Below are positions 1-8,212 of a DNA stretch of 25,412 bases, in pieces. How positions within the stretch are numbered: position 1 is the stretch's first letter; every line of letters starts with the position of its first letter. This stretch comes from an uncultured Anaerolineales bacterium (lineage in GTDB: Bacteria; Chloroflexota; Anaerolineae; UBA7937), in NCBI GenBank assembly GCA_964442805.1, contig CAYUAM010000001.1, forward strand, positions 1-25,412, in the 5' to 3' direction. The translations under genes were made by a program, and so were the position numbers. The notes under the pieces were generated by a model. It was given only the letters and a program-made list of their open reading frames with translations. It had not been told where the DNA came from and did not search any database.

Positions 1-955
1 GATCCACCAGGACATAGACGACGTCAATCGCGAAATTGGCGAGCAACACACCGATGATGATGAAGAGGAAGCATCCCTGGATGAGGAAGTAATCCTGATT
101 CTGAATAGCGGCAAGAAGCAGGTAGCCGATTCCGGGGTATGAAAACACGACTTCTGTTACAAGAGCACCAGCAACGATGACACCCAGTTGCAGCGCCAGC
201 CCGGTGAGCTGGGGAAGCATGGCGTTTCTGAACGCGTACTTTCTGACCAGACGTCGTGGTGCCCCAAGTGCTTCGAGGTAGTGAGAATAATCCGCCTCGA
301 GTTCGTAGATGATCATGTTCCGCATTCCAATCGCCCAACCACCAAACATCACCAGGAATAGGGAGGCGAAGGGTAAGAACCAGTGGTGCAGAAGGCTCCC
401 GATGAGGGCCCATGAAAGATGGGGCCGCAACGTGTAGCTGTACGCACCGGCAATCGGAAAGACACCCAGAACAATTCCAAACACCCAGGCCAGCAAGATA
501 CCGAGCCACATATAAGGAGTCGCCGTGAGGAGATACCCGACTGGTAATATGGTGTTGTCAAGCCACTTAGTTCGCGCAGCGAAAGCACCGAAATGGTTTC
601 CAGCATACCAGCTCAGCAGGATCGCTGGAAGCAGAAGAAAGATGTCATAGGGTACAGCATGCAGGATTACCTTGGTCACAGGCTGCGGAAACACATATAC
701 GCTTATCCCAAGGTCACCATGGAAAAGGGCGTTCCAGAAGTTGAGGTACTGCTGCCAGATGGGGAGATCTAATCCAAAGACTCTTGCGAAATAGTCATAC
801 ATCGCCCGAGCAGCCTCAGGGGTCAGCGCGGTCCTCGACAACATATTCCGAACAGGATCGCCGGGCATGAAGCGTGGGATCAACCAGTCGATGGTCACCG
901 CAAAAAGAAAGGTCAGGATGTAAACGAGTAGTTTTCTTCCGAAATACCGTTTCAC
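1..955 (-). CDS. ABC transporter permease, OppB/DppB family (3' end runs off the window)
   Basis: Not in the ORF track because there is no stop in the window. GTG at 955 with RBS GGAGG. Translation begins MKRYFGRKLLVYILTFLFAVTIDWLIPRFMPGDP, includes an EAA-like loop (ALGAPRRLVRKYAFRNAMLPQ), and ends ...ANFAIDVVYVLVD at the edge. Confidence 0.93.
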   Translation of the reverse strand, partial: MKRYFGRKLLVYILTFLFAVTIDWLIPRFMPGDPVRNMLSRTALTPEAARAMYDYFARVFGLDLPIWQQYLNFWNALFHGDLGISVYVFPQPVTKVILHAVPYDIFLLLPAILLSWYAGNHFGAFAARTKWLDNTILPVGYLLTATPYMWLGILLAWVFGIVLGVFPIAGAYSYTLRPHLSWALIGSLLHHWFLPFASLFLVMFGGWAIGMRNMIIYELEADYSHYLEALGAPRRLVRKYAFRNAMLPQLTGLALQLGVIVAGALVTEVVFSYPGIGYLLLAAIQNQDYFLIQGCFLFIIIGVLLANFAIDVVYVLVD

Positions 956-988
956 GCTAGTTCCTCCCTAACAGGAAGGCTGCACGAA

Positions 989-1025
989 CACCGCCCCTCC
1001 CGCAAGCTGAGAAGGAGGGGCGGTG
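989..1025 (-). other. 12-bp perfect stem-loop between binding-protein and permease genes (likely mRNA stabiliser)
   Basis: CACCGCCCCTCC (989-1000) / GGAGGGGCGGTG (1014-1025); no U tract on the coding strand. Confidence 0.6.
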
Positions 1026-1058
1026 CTGAACACTCTTACTGTGCCTGCTCCAATTCAC

Positions 1059-2855
1059 TTACTCTGCCGGTGGCACCGGCTTCAAATTTATGAGTGTCTG
1101 CAATCCACCCAATTGCCAGTATCCGGACCAAGTAGTAGGAAGAGTCTTGGGAGCATCTGCTGCTTCTGACGGCCAGTTCGTCCAGACCGCGTTGCTGAAC
1201 TGGGACCACAGACCGTTGTACCAGAGCGGAATCATGGGCATCTCTGTCAGCATTTTTTCCTGAATCTTTGAACAAGCGGCCTTCATACCCGCCTCATCAT
1301 CAGCAGGTATCTTGGCAAGTGCGTCCACAAGATCGAACATCTCCTGGTCCTCGTACCTGCCAAAGTTGCCGCTTTGCATTTGTTCTTGGATCGGGTGTCT
1401 GAACAAGAGGTTATACAACGTCCATGGGGTGTTACTCATAGAGGCCCAGTTGTTCAGTGTCATATCGAATGTGCCAGTCTGAAGCGCAGTGTTCCAGGCG
1501 CCATAATCCGGGGTTGCAGCTTTAATATTGATCCCCGCGCCTTGGGCGCTCGTGGCGATAACATTAATCGCCTCCATCCAGTCCGTCCATCCGAACGGGC
1601 AGGTAACTTCCAGTTCGATCGCGGACCCATCGGGTGCTTTGAAGAAGCCATCGGCGCCCTTCGTGTATCCGGCCGCAGTAAGGATTGCCGCTGTTTGTGC
1701 CGGATCATACTTGTAACCCAGCCTCGCAACCATATCCGCGTCTGCGTACTTGTCCAGGCTAGGAAGAAGGCCGGTCGGACTGGCAGCCTTGACCAGGCTG
1801 GCGTAGGCGACGTTAACAATGTCGTCTACATTGATGGCGAAAGCAAGCGCCCTCCTGAAAGCCGGGTCGTCCATCGGCGGTTTTGTCGTATTCAAGAACA
1901 AAACGGCCGTATTGGCAGAGAGCATGTACGGGGCTGCGGCGAAATAAGTCTTAACGTAACCCTTCTTTGCCAACTCTGCAACGCCCGGGAGGAAGTTGTT
2001 GCTCAGGTCGAGTTCGCCCTTAATGACCATACCGAGAGCGACGTTGTTACTGGAAGTGCGAATATCGACGATCCTCTTGGGAGCGGGCACACCAAATATG
2101 CTTGCTCCCCACCAGTTCTCGTTTCTCACCCATACGTTTCTATCTTCGCTACTTGACTCAAACAGGTATGCCCCCGAGCCAATAGGATTTTCATTCGCGC
2201 CGACGGTGATCTCCTCTTCCGTTCTGCCTTCCCAGAGATGCGTTGGAACTATCGGAATATTGTAGAGGCCGTTCGCCCATTCCTGGTAGAGGGGGTCGGT
2301 GAACTTGAATTGCAGGCTGTAATCGTCGACCGCTGTAACACCAGTCAGATACTTCCACACTGGGGCGAACCAAATCGCAGAATACTTCTGGCCCAGTTCG
2401 AAGGTGAACTTAACGTCGGCAGCCGTCAATGGTTGGCCGTCGCTCCAGGTGAGGCCCTGCCTGAGCGTCACGTCATAGGTAGTGGCATCGGTCCATGCTC
2501 CACTCTCCGCGAGCCAGGGCGTTAACTCACCGGTCATCGGGTCAAACGCGAATAGGAATTCATACACGTTTCCGATGGTTCCTGTTGTATTAGCAAGGCT
2601 CCCTGGTTGGAAAGGATTCCAGGTCGATGGTGGACCCCACGCTGCTCCGCTGACGTAAAGGGTTTCGCTCCGTTCGTAAGTAACAGCTGACGGTGTCGGC
2701 GTGACCTCAACCACCACCGTCTCCTTCACCGGCACCTCCACCTCCACGGTCTCCTTGATGACCTGTGGCGTAGGAGTAACAGCCGGACCGCAAGCGCTGA
2801 GCACTAGGCCCAGAACCGCGAGCAAACTTATGAGACAGAAAACTGACTTGCGCAC
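1059..2855 (-). CDS. ABC transporter substrate-binding lipoprotein, family 5 (probably oligosaccharide-binding)
   Basis: 598 aa. Lipobox LSAC, P/T/V/E-rich linker, family-5 motifs (LTPWLAESG, LTAADVKFTF, RRALAFAIN). Lies upstream of an OppB-type permease. Confidence 0.92.
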   Translation of the reverse strand: MRKSVFCLISLLAVLGLVLSACGPAVTPTPQVIKETVEVEVPVKETVVVEVTPTPSAVTYERSETLYVSGAAWGPPSTWNPFQPGSLANTTGTIGNVYEFLFAFDPMTGELTPWLAESGAWTDATTYDVTLRQGLTWSDGQPLTAADVKFTFELGQKYSAIWFAPVWKYLTGVTAVDDYSLQFKFTDPLYQEWANGLYNIPIVPTHLWEGRTEEEITVGANENPIGSGAYLFESSSEDRNVWVRNENWWGASIFGVPAPKRIVDIRTSSNNVALGMVIKGELDLSNNFLPGVAELAKKGYVKTYFAAAPYMLSANTAVLFLNTTKPPMDDPAFRRALAFAINVDDIVNVAYASLVKAASPTGLLPSLDKYADADMVARLGYKYDPAQTAAILTAAGYTKGADGFFKAPDGSAIELEVTCPFGWTDWMEAINVIATSAQGAGINIKAATPDYGAWNTALQTGTFDMTLNNWASMSNTPWTLYNLLFRHPIQEQMQSGNFGRYEDQEMFDLVDALAKIPADDEAGMKAACSKIQEKMLTEMPMIPLWYNGLWSQFSNAVWTNWPSEAADAPKTLPTTWSGYWQLGGLQTLINLKPVPPAE

Positions 2856-2953
2856 TGCTTTTCTCCTTTCTCCTCCCTAATGATACTCCGTTGAGGTAGA
2901 GAATGGTACCTAAGTCTCTATGTCCTGGCATCACCTCCTTTCACTTCAGCGAC

Positions 2954-3970
2954 CTAGGGAGAGCCACAAGAGTTCCTGATGACCAGTTCCGTGGGCAAGA
3001 CGATCCTCTGGACAGGAGCCTCTTCTTCTGATGAGCCCTCCACTAGGCTCAGCAACACCTCTACTGCCATGGAACCCATCCGTTCAATCGGCTGGCGTAC
3101 CGTGGTCAATGCTGGCTCAATCGCCGAGGCGATGGGTATGTCATCGAAGCTGACCAGAGCGATGTCTTGGGGTACCTGCCGGCCAGCCTGACGGAGCGCT
3201 TTGAGGGCGCCAATAGCCATCATGTCGCTGGCAACGAAGACGGCGCTGGGGGAGGCGGGGAGCAACCGTTGCATCCCCACCATCCCGCTGCTCTCGGTAA
3301 AGTCTCCCTCGACAATTAGCCCTTCCTCCACGGGAACGCCATGTGCTTGCATGGCCTGACGGTATCCTTCCAGGCGGTCCTGGCCATGGGTCGTGTCCAG
3401 CCTCCCAGTGATGGTGGCGATGCGCCGGTGCCCCAAGCCGATTAGGTGCTCAACCGCCATCCGTGCCCCACCGAGGTTGTCAACGTCCACGGAATGAACT
3501 TGCCTGTTGGGATGCCGCCCCACAGAGACACACGGCACACGGTCGCGCAGCAAATCGGAGATGAGGGGATCGTCCAGTGAGGCTGAAGCCACGATCACGC
3601 CGTCGAGGTAACCGTTGCCCAGCAAGTTCTGGTACATCTCCTGCTGGTCGGCGGAGCCAGCGAACAAGGAGAGCATCAGCTGATACCGGTGGGCGTTACA
3701 AGCCTCAGTGGTTCCACGCAGCAGGATGGAGAAAAAAGGGTCGGTGAAGAGCGTCGTCACCGCCTCGGGGATGACCATACCGATGATCTGGGTGCGGTTA
3801 GTGGCTAGGCTGCGGGCAACCGCATGAGGTTGGTAGCCGGATTTGCGGATAGCCTGCCTGATTCGTTCCCTCGTTTCAGGCCGCACATGGGGGTGGTTGT
3901 TGATGACACGCGAAACGCTTGAACGGGAGACCCCGGCCAGTCGGGCAACTTCTTCCAGCGTAGGGAGCAT
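2954..3970 (-). CDS. LacI-family transcriptional regulator
   Basis: HTH MLPTLEEVARLAGVSRSSVSRVIN and sugar-binding domain (VGALKAL-type motif, DIALVSFDDI). The true start is ATG at 3970; the longer ORF-track start lies inside the IS. Confidence 0.95.
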   Translation of the reverse strand: MLPTLEEVARLAGVSRSSVSRVINNHPHVRPETRERIRQAIRKSGYQPHAVARSLATNRTQIIGMVIPEAVTTLFTDPFFSILLRGTTEACNAHRYQLMLSLFAGSADQQEMYQNLLGNGYLDGVIVASASLDDPLISDLLRDRVPCVSVGRHPNRQVHSVDVDNLGGARMAVEHLIGLGHRRIATITGRLDTTHGQDRLEGYRQAMQAHGVPVEEGLIVEGDFTESSGMVGMQRLLPASPSAVFVASDMMAIGALKALRQAGRQVPQDIALVSFDDIPIASAIEPALTTVRQPIERMGSMAVEVLLSLVEGSSEEEAPVQRIVLPTELVIRNSCGSP

Positions 3971-3980
3971 CACCCGCCTT

Positions 3981-3994
3981 TGGGACCGCTCCCA
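3981..3994. promoter_or_regulatory. LacI-type operator 2 (CelR/CebR-box-like)
   Basis: TGGGACCGCTCCCA, one mismatch from TGGGAGCGCTCCCA. Confidence 0.75.
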
Positions 3995-4052
3995 ACCACA
4001 TCCAGGAAAATGACCACGATTGACGCTCTGAAAAGGCTCGTCGAGCGATTTT

Positions 4053-4070
4053 TTTGGGAGCGCTCTCAAA
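4053..4070. promoter_or_regulatory. LacI-type operator 1 (CelR/CebR-box-like), overlapping predicted +1
   Basis: TTTGGGAGCGCTCTCAAA, 18-bp near-palindrome; core is one mismatch from TGGGAGCGCTCCCA. Confidence 0.8.
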
Positions 4071-4073
4071 ACT

Positions 4074-4102
4074 AGTATACCACAAACCGGAACGCTTGTC
4101 AA
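4074..4102 (-). promoter_or_regulatory. sigma70-type promoter of the lacI-ABC operon
   Basis: Minus strand TTGACA-17 bp-TATACT with extended -10 TG. Confidence 0.85.
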
Positions 4103-4109
4103 GAGTCTG

Positions 4110-5124
4110 TACTCGTTCAGTCGGGGTCTTCCCGTCCAGAGCCTGATGGGGTCGGAAATGGTTGTAAGTCCATTCCCACTCTTGAAGGGCTCGATTGAGG
4201 TGGACCACCTCCATATCTCCATCATAGATCTCGTGGAACTCCTCAGTGTGGGTCCTTTGGGCTCTCGCCACATGGCCATTTAGTTTGGGGGAGCGGGGTG
4301 GCAGGACGAAAAGTCGTATCCCTCGCTCCTGACAAGCCTCTTCAAAGGCGGCCTGGAATTCAGAGCCCCCATCTACCGGCAAGGCCTTTATGGGAAAAGG
4401 CATTCGTTTAGCCAGGGTCTCCAGGAAGCCCACCGCGGTAGCAGAGGTGGCTTTGGTCTGCACCTCCATCACATCCCAACGAGAGACCACATCCCGGGCG
4501 GTGAATTGCTTCAGTACCACTCCTGGCATGAGTCGCACATCCAAAGTATCCACCTCCACCAACTCTCCTGGGATCTCCACCTGGTAGCCCTGGGGCTTGC
4601 GTATGGCGTAGGGGCGAGGATACTGTCGTCTGCGGACGGAAACCCTGTTCCTTACAGACTCTTTGAGCACCCCGCGGGCCTTGGGGTGAGTGAGGATACG
4701 CCCCACCATGGAGGTAGAGACCGGCCAGCCCTCCCGCCTCAGGAGCACCACCAACTTGTCCTTCCCCCAGCGGGGATACTCTTCCCGCAGGTGGAGCACC
4801 GCCTGGGCCAATTCCATACTCCAGGTGGGCCGACGGAGGTTTTTGGGCCTCCGGCTCTTCTCTTCCAATCCCCTGGCCCCTTCCTTTTTGAGCCTCTTCT
4901 GTCAACGGTAGTGCGTTCGCATCCTGAGGATGCTCAGCATCCGAAGGAAGGGTGGAGCGGGAGATGAAGAGAGTCTGGCTGGCCTGGCTGCTAGAGAGAC
5001 CCTGCGCTCTCAGGGCCTCGAAGCAGCGCAGCCAGCGCAGCCTTTCCTGGGCCTTGGGGCTCAGCACGATTGGCCTATGACGGGAGAGGTAGTAAAATGC
5101 TCTGGGTAGTCCAACTACCTGCAT
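4110..5124 (-). pseudogene. IS481/integrase-core DDE transposase pseudogene
   Basis: HTH N-terminus in one frame and rve core (VEVDTLD, VDGGSEF, NGHVARAQRT) in another. Lesions: 37-bp insertion, TGA at 4902-4904 where YRW is expected, catalytic E replaced by A (VER to VAR), C-terminus cut after KTP. Confidence 0.85.
4911..4947. repeat. 37-bp palindromic insertion inside the transposase
   Basis: GTGCGTTCGCATCCTGAGGATGCTCAGCATCCGAAGG contains overlapping inverted repeats GCATCC-TGA-GGATGC and GGATGC-TCA-GCATCC. Removing it restores the frame ...RSTL-YR*QKRLKKEGARGLEEKSRRP. Confidence 0.65.
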
Positions 5125-5726
5125 GAGGGGCCACCTCCTTCTGTGGATGTCTCACCCATCCGTCAAGGATCCCTGTGGGAGAAGCATGGCCCCTTTTGCC
5201 TATCCCTGCAACTGTCTCACATCTTTCTGAACGAGATCAAATGGCGCGAATGGCCGGCAGGGCGTGGCGGAACGGAACTAGTTACATAGAGGTTCTACCC
5301 TTAGGGGAGTAAAGATTCTTACGGTCAGGGAGTTGGTAGACCCGGTGATTATCGTCTTTGTTTGGTGGAATTGCAGCGTATATGGCTGTGCGGGATGAAA
5401 ATGAAGTCGAGCTACAAAGGGTAGCTTGCTTGTGATCGGGGCAAGATCCTAAACCATCTACCTATGGCTGGCCTTCAACATCTGGGGCGTGATCGTAACT
5501 CACATGGGTCTGCAATAAGGCTATCTGAAGGAAATCCCCTGCCCAGTTTCCTGAGCTTGTGCTTCACCAAGCTCGTCTCGCAACTAGAATGGCAAATCTT
5601 GTGCCTCTTTGACGGCTACCATTTCCGCCTCCACCTTGGTCGGGCAGATCTGAAGCGACACTCGGTGGGTGAGGCAGTCTCAGGCCAAAGAGGTGGCCTC
5701 CTGCTAGGCTCCGTAGCTGCTGCAGA

Positions 5727-5998
5727 TCAGAGTTTGACGTGCTCCAGAATGTAATCGAAGGTTTGTCGTCCAGATCCTCTATGGGAGAATAGTACCCTTG
5801 AGTGGTGGTGACGCTGGCATGCCATGCGGCTCTCTGTACCCTAAACACCGTGACCCCGCCATCGATGGCCAGAGTGACAAAGGTGTGTCGCCGGACGTGG
5901 GGATGAATCTCCTTAGGGTCCAGCCCTACCCGCTTAGCTTACCACCTGACCAGTCTTACCATTGCTCTTGTGGAGGTCGCCTTATCCGAGGCTGGAAG
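5727..5998 (-). pseudogene. Tyrosine recombinase/integrase C-terminal remnant
   Basis: Reads RLVRW*AKRVGLDPKEIHPHVRRHTFVTLAIDGGVTVFRVQRAAWHASVTTTQGY, a degenerate HxLRH...GH...TTxxY box II. It has an internal stop and a late frameshift, and the N-terminus is missing. Confidence 0.75.
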
Positions 5999-6637
5999 AT
6001 TTTAAACTCCATCCTTCTTTCTCGCCTGACGGTAGGTACAACCAAGTTGAACCGCCCAATGCCCAACCGAAAGAGGTTTGATGCGTATGTTCATCATGGT
6101 ACAATAGTGACATGGGGCTGGGCGGTGGCCCAGCCCTTGGCGACTAGGATTCTCTACGGCAGGAGAAAACGCAAGGGCCCTCAGAAACTCTTACTCTGGC
6201 TGCGGATGCGCCTCTTGTCTGTGACCGTTTCATTGGCTACCATCCTACATGACCAGCTCCGGTTGCCATCTTTGGACACTTTCATTTGGAGGCCTTTCAT
6301 CAGAATCTGCCCAGCAACCCAGGCTGGCACAGATCGCCTGCCTTCTCTCCTTTCCTGCGAAATCCGAACGTGTAGGGACTTTTCCCGCCGCAGTGGTCAT
6401 TGACTTGATAGAGGTTATGGGCTATAATCTGTGCACCGTTCGAGCATGCGCAGCAGTGGATGGCTCACTCAGAAGAGAAGAGCACAACTCAAGCCCTAAG
6501 TTCTCACCGTGATGTGCTTAGGTTAGGAAAGCCCGCCGATCATATGAACTCAAAAAGTTGAAAGCTCAGATGGAGCCGTAGGCGCTAATGGTATTGCTTT
6601 CCATAATCATCTTGGCCCGGAGGATGTAATAGACCGA

Positions 6638-6684
6638 ATCTTAACCAGATCTTAACCTTCAGATGAGTCGAACTCGGGTAGAAT
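6638..6684 (+). promoter_or_regulatory. Putative activator-dependent promoter with 11-bp-period direct repeat
   Basis: ATCTTAACC at 6638-6646 and 6649-6657 overlaps the -35 position of a TAGAAT -10 (6679-6684), just upstream of the riboswitch. Confidence 0.45.
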
Positions 6685-6730
6685 TATCTGTCGAGCAGTG
6701 AATTTTGCTTGCCCTCATGGCTAAATGAGG

Positions 6731-6825
6731 AAGATAACTCCGAAAAGGCAAACTCGTCGAAAGGCGAGGGTGCAAAGCCACGGGTCCTGACTTTCTGGAT
6801 AACCGGGCTGCCGAAGAGATTTCTT
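6731..6825 (+). ncRNA. Cyclic di-GMP-I (GEMM) riboswitch aptamer
   Basis: GGCAAAC (6747-6753), stem CTCGTC-GAAA-GGCGAG, GCAAAGCC (6772-6779), P3 CGGGTCC...GGATAACCG, and 3' GGGCTGCCGA match the GEMM consensus. Confidence 0.9.
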
Positions 6826-6840
6826 CGGCAGCCCTTTTTT
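6805..6840 (+). terminator. Intrinsic terminator forming the riboswitch expression platform
   Basis: Perfect 13-bp stem GGGCTGCCGAAGA / TCTTCGGCAGCCC followed by T6; the 5' arm overlaps the aptamer 3' end. Confidence 0.88.
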
Positions 6841-6914
6841 GTTTCTGTTCCGTCATCTCCAGCATCTAGAGATAGTGAAGTTGGTGTATAAGAGAGAGGG
6901 GAAGGTCTTCTTCT

Positions 6915-6988
6915 AAACAACAAAGGGCACCGCTCAGGCCGCCAAGCTCTCACGGTGCCCTGCCTAGATTGGGAAACCCAATCGGCTA
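6915..6988 (-). ncRNA. Putative ~75-nt small RNA
   Basis: Lies downstream of a near-consensus minus-strand promoter. Hairpin GATTGGG-TTT-CCCAATC (6967-6983), then a 9-bp stem AGGGCACCG/CGGTGCCCT (6924-6961) with a TTGTTGTTT tail. Confidence 0.5.
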
Positions 6989-6994
6989 TTTCGT

Positions 6995-7023
6995 ATTATA
7001 CCTCAAAATTATCAAGAGGTCAA
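6995..7023 (-). promoter_or_regulatory. sigma70-type promoter, minus strand
   Basis: TTGACC-17 bp-TATAAT. Confidence 0.7.
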
Positions 7024-7200
7024 GGGCAGGTGAGCTCAGACATCTTTAAGAGATGCGGTCTATTTTGTCGGGAGATGAGTCACGAATTTGAATGGGTGCC
7101 CAGGCTAGGGCCGTAATAGATCAGGAAATTAGAACACCTTCAGTCAAAGGCTGTATCGGATTTCAAGTCTGGGAAAAGGAGCACAAAGGAGAGGAAGAAA

Positions 7201-7800
7201 ATGACCAGGGCGGTAAGGTGTCCTCATTGTCTTTCTGTTGTCAGGGCTCAGATTAATGAGAGGTGCCGGTGCCCCTCATGTGGGGGATATTTCTTCGTCG
7301 CGAACCCAAGCCGAGCCCTCCTTGGCCCCTGCAGAAATCTCTATTCCATACCTCGAGGGAACCAGCGGCCAAGACGGGGAATGGCTAGGACGAGGAGTGG
7401 GGTGGGGTATGGTCCAATCCTTCAGGGGCCGGGGTACCAAGACGGGCTGGGGAGGTGGAACTCTATCATCTCCGGCGCCTGGCCGGCCACGTGTCAGGGC
7501 AGGCCAGGCGTACCAGGCCGAGGAACGATTATCGAGCCTTCCTTATATCCCAAGGAGCCGGAATGGGAGATAATTGACGGCAACCCTGATTATCAATTGA
7601 TTATCGATTTTCCATATCATCGGGATCAGGAGATAGCCGTGGAGACTGAGGGTGGGATCTTAGCAATCCGAAGTCTCAAAGAGGATGCTCCTCCTCGCTA
7701 TCACATCGAGTTTGCCCTTCCGCCGGAGGTTGTCGAAAAGAGCCTTAGCCGGGTGTTCAATAACGGCTCTCTGATCTTGCGCTTTGACAAGAAGGAGTAG
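7201..7800 (+). CDS. Zinc-ribbon / disordered linker / Hsp20-like (alpha-crystallin) domain protein
   Basis: RBS AAGGAG. N-terminal CPHC...CRCPSC, R/G/P-rich middle, and C-terminal EPEWEII...YQLIIDFP...EFALPPEV...[12 protein letters not shown] resembling the Hsp20 beta-sandwich. Confidence 0.65.
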   Translation: MTRAVRCPHCLSVVRAQINERCRCPSCGGYFFVANPSRALLGPCRNLYSIPRGNQRPRRGMARTRSGVGYGPILQGPGYQDGLGRWNSIISGAWPATCQGRPGVPGRGTIIEPSLYPKEPEWEIIDGNPDYQLIIDFPYHRDQEIAVETEGGILAIRSLKEDAPPRYHIEFALPPEVVEKSLSRVFNNGSLILRFDKKE

Positions 7801-7821
7801 GTAACCAGCAGCCCGAGATTG

Positions 7822-8028
7822 ATCGTGGGCCGCTCGCTTCTGCGGGTCGCTCAGGACCTCGTAGGCGGCGTTTATCTCCTTCGTTCTCTCCGCCGACTTG
7901 AGGTCCTTGTTTACGTCGGGACGATATTTCCGTGCGAGCCACCTGTAGGCTTGCTCAATAACCTCCGACCGAGCCTGTGGATGCACTTGGAGAATATCAC
8001 AGTAGTCTAGAGAGCTATAAATCGGTCT
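7822..8028 (-). pseudogene. J-domain (DnaJ N-terminal) remnant
   Basis: Reads [36 protein letters not shown]...[22 protein letters not shown] is changed to RPD and DYY to DYC. There is an in-frame TAG upstream (8029-8031) and no ATG before helix I. Confidence 0.75.
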
Positions 8029-8130
8029 CTATCACCGCGATGCAGCGCCAACCCCCTATTCATACAATTTCACAGACTCCCTCGTACTGGAGATGCTGGG
8101 GTTGTCATCCCCATGCCAAGATTCAACGGC

Positions 8131-8159
8131 TTGACAAAGTTGTCATCTTGTGCTATCAT
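8131..8159 (+). promoter_or_regulatory. sigma70-type promoter with overlapping palindrome
   Basis: TTGACA-17 bp-TATCAT with extended TG; inverted repeat TGACAA-AG-TTGTCA (8132-8145) covers the -35. Confidence 0.8.
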
Positions 8160-8212
8160 CTAGGCTAGATATTCTGCTATAGATATTGCTAGAACCCGGA
8201 GAGGCGGCAATC

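Larger units (their letters stand above)
4108..5239 (-). mobile_element. Degenerate IS481-like insertion sequence
   Basis: Imperfect terminal inverted repeats TGTACTCGTTCAG (4108-4120) and CTGAACGAGATCA (5227-5239), 11/13 match, enclosing a broken DDE transposase. No target duplication seen. Confidence 0.75.

Noticed and set aside
24-2934. ORF-track ORFs overlapping the permease and binding-protein genes (e.g. 24-509, 349-606, 1374-2156, 2707-2934)
   Set aside because: Alternative-frame or antisense shadows of well-supported genes, with no recognisable motifs.
3971-4279. N-terminal extension of LacI in the 441-aa ORF, and the transposase ORF running on to 3876
   Set aside because: Both are open-frame run-through across the IS boundary and promoter. 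The LacI HTH starts at 3970 and transposase similarity ends near 4110.
5240-5275. AAATGGCGCG...GGCAGG resembling the reverse complement of a tRNA 3' end near the integrase remnant
   Set aside because: No T-loop motif or cloverleaf can be built.
5798-6512. ORFs 5798-6403 and 6249-6512 (+)
   Set aside because: No RBS or family motifs; the first is partly antisense to the integrase remnant. Region 6000-6630 remains unexplained.
6659-6953. Short ORFs across the riboswitch (6659-6865, 6684-6953, 6709-6891)
   Set aside because: The sequence is explained by the aptamer and terminators; the translations look random.
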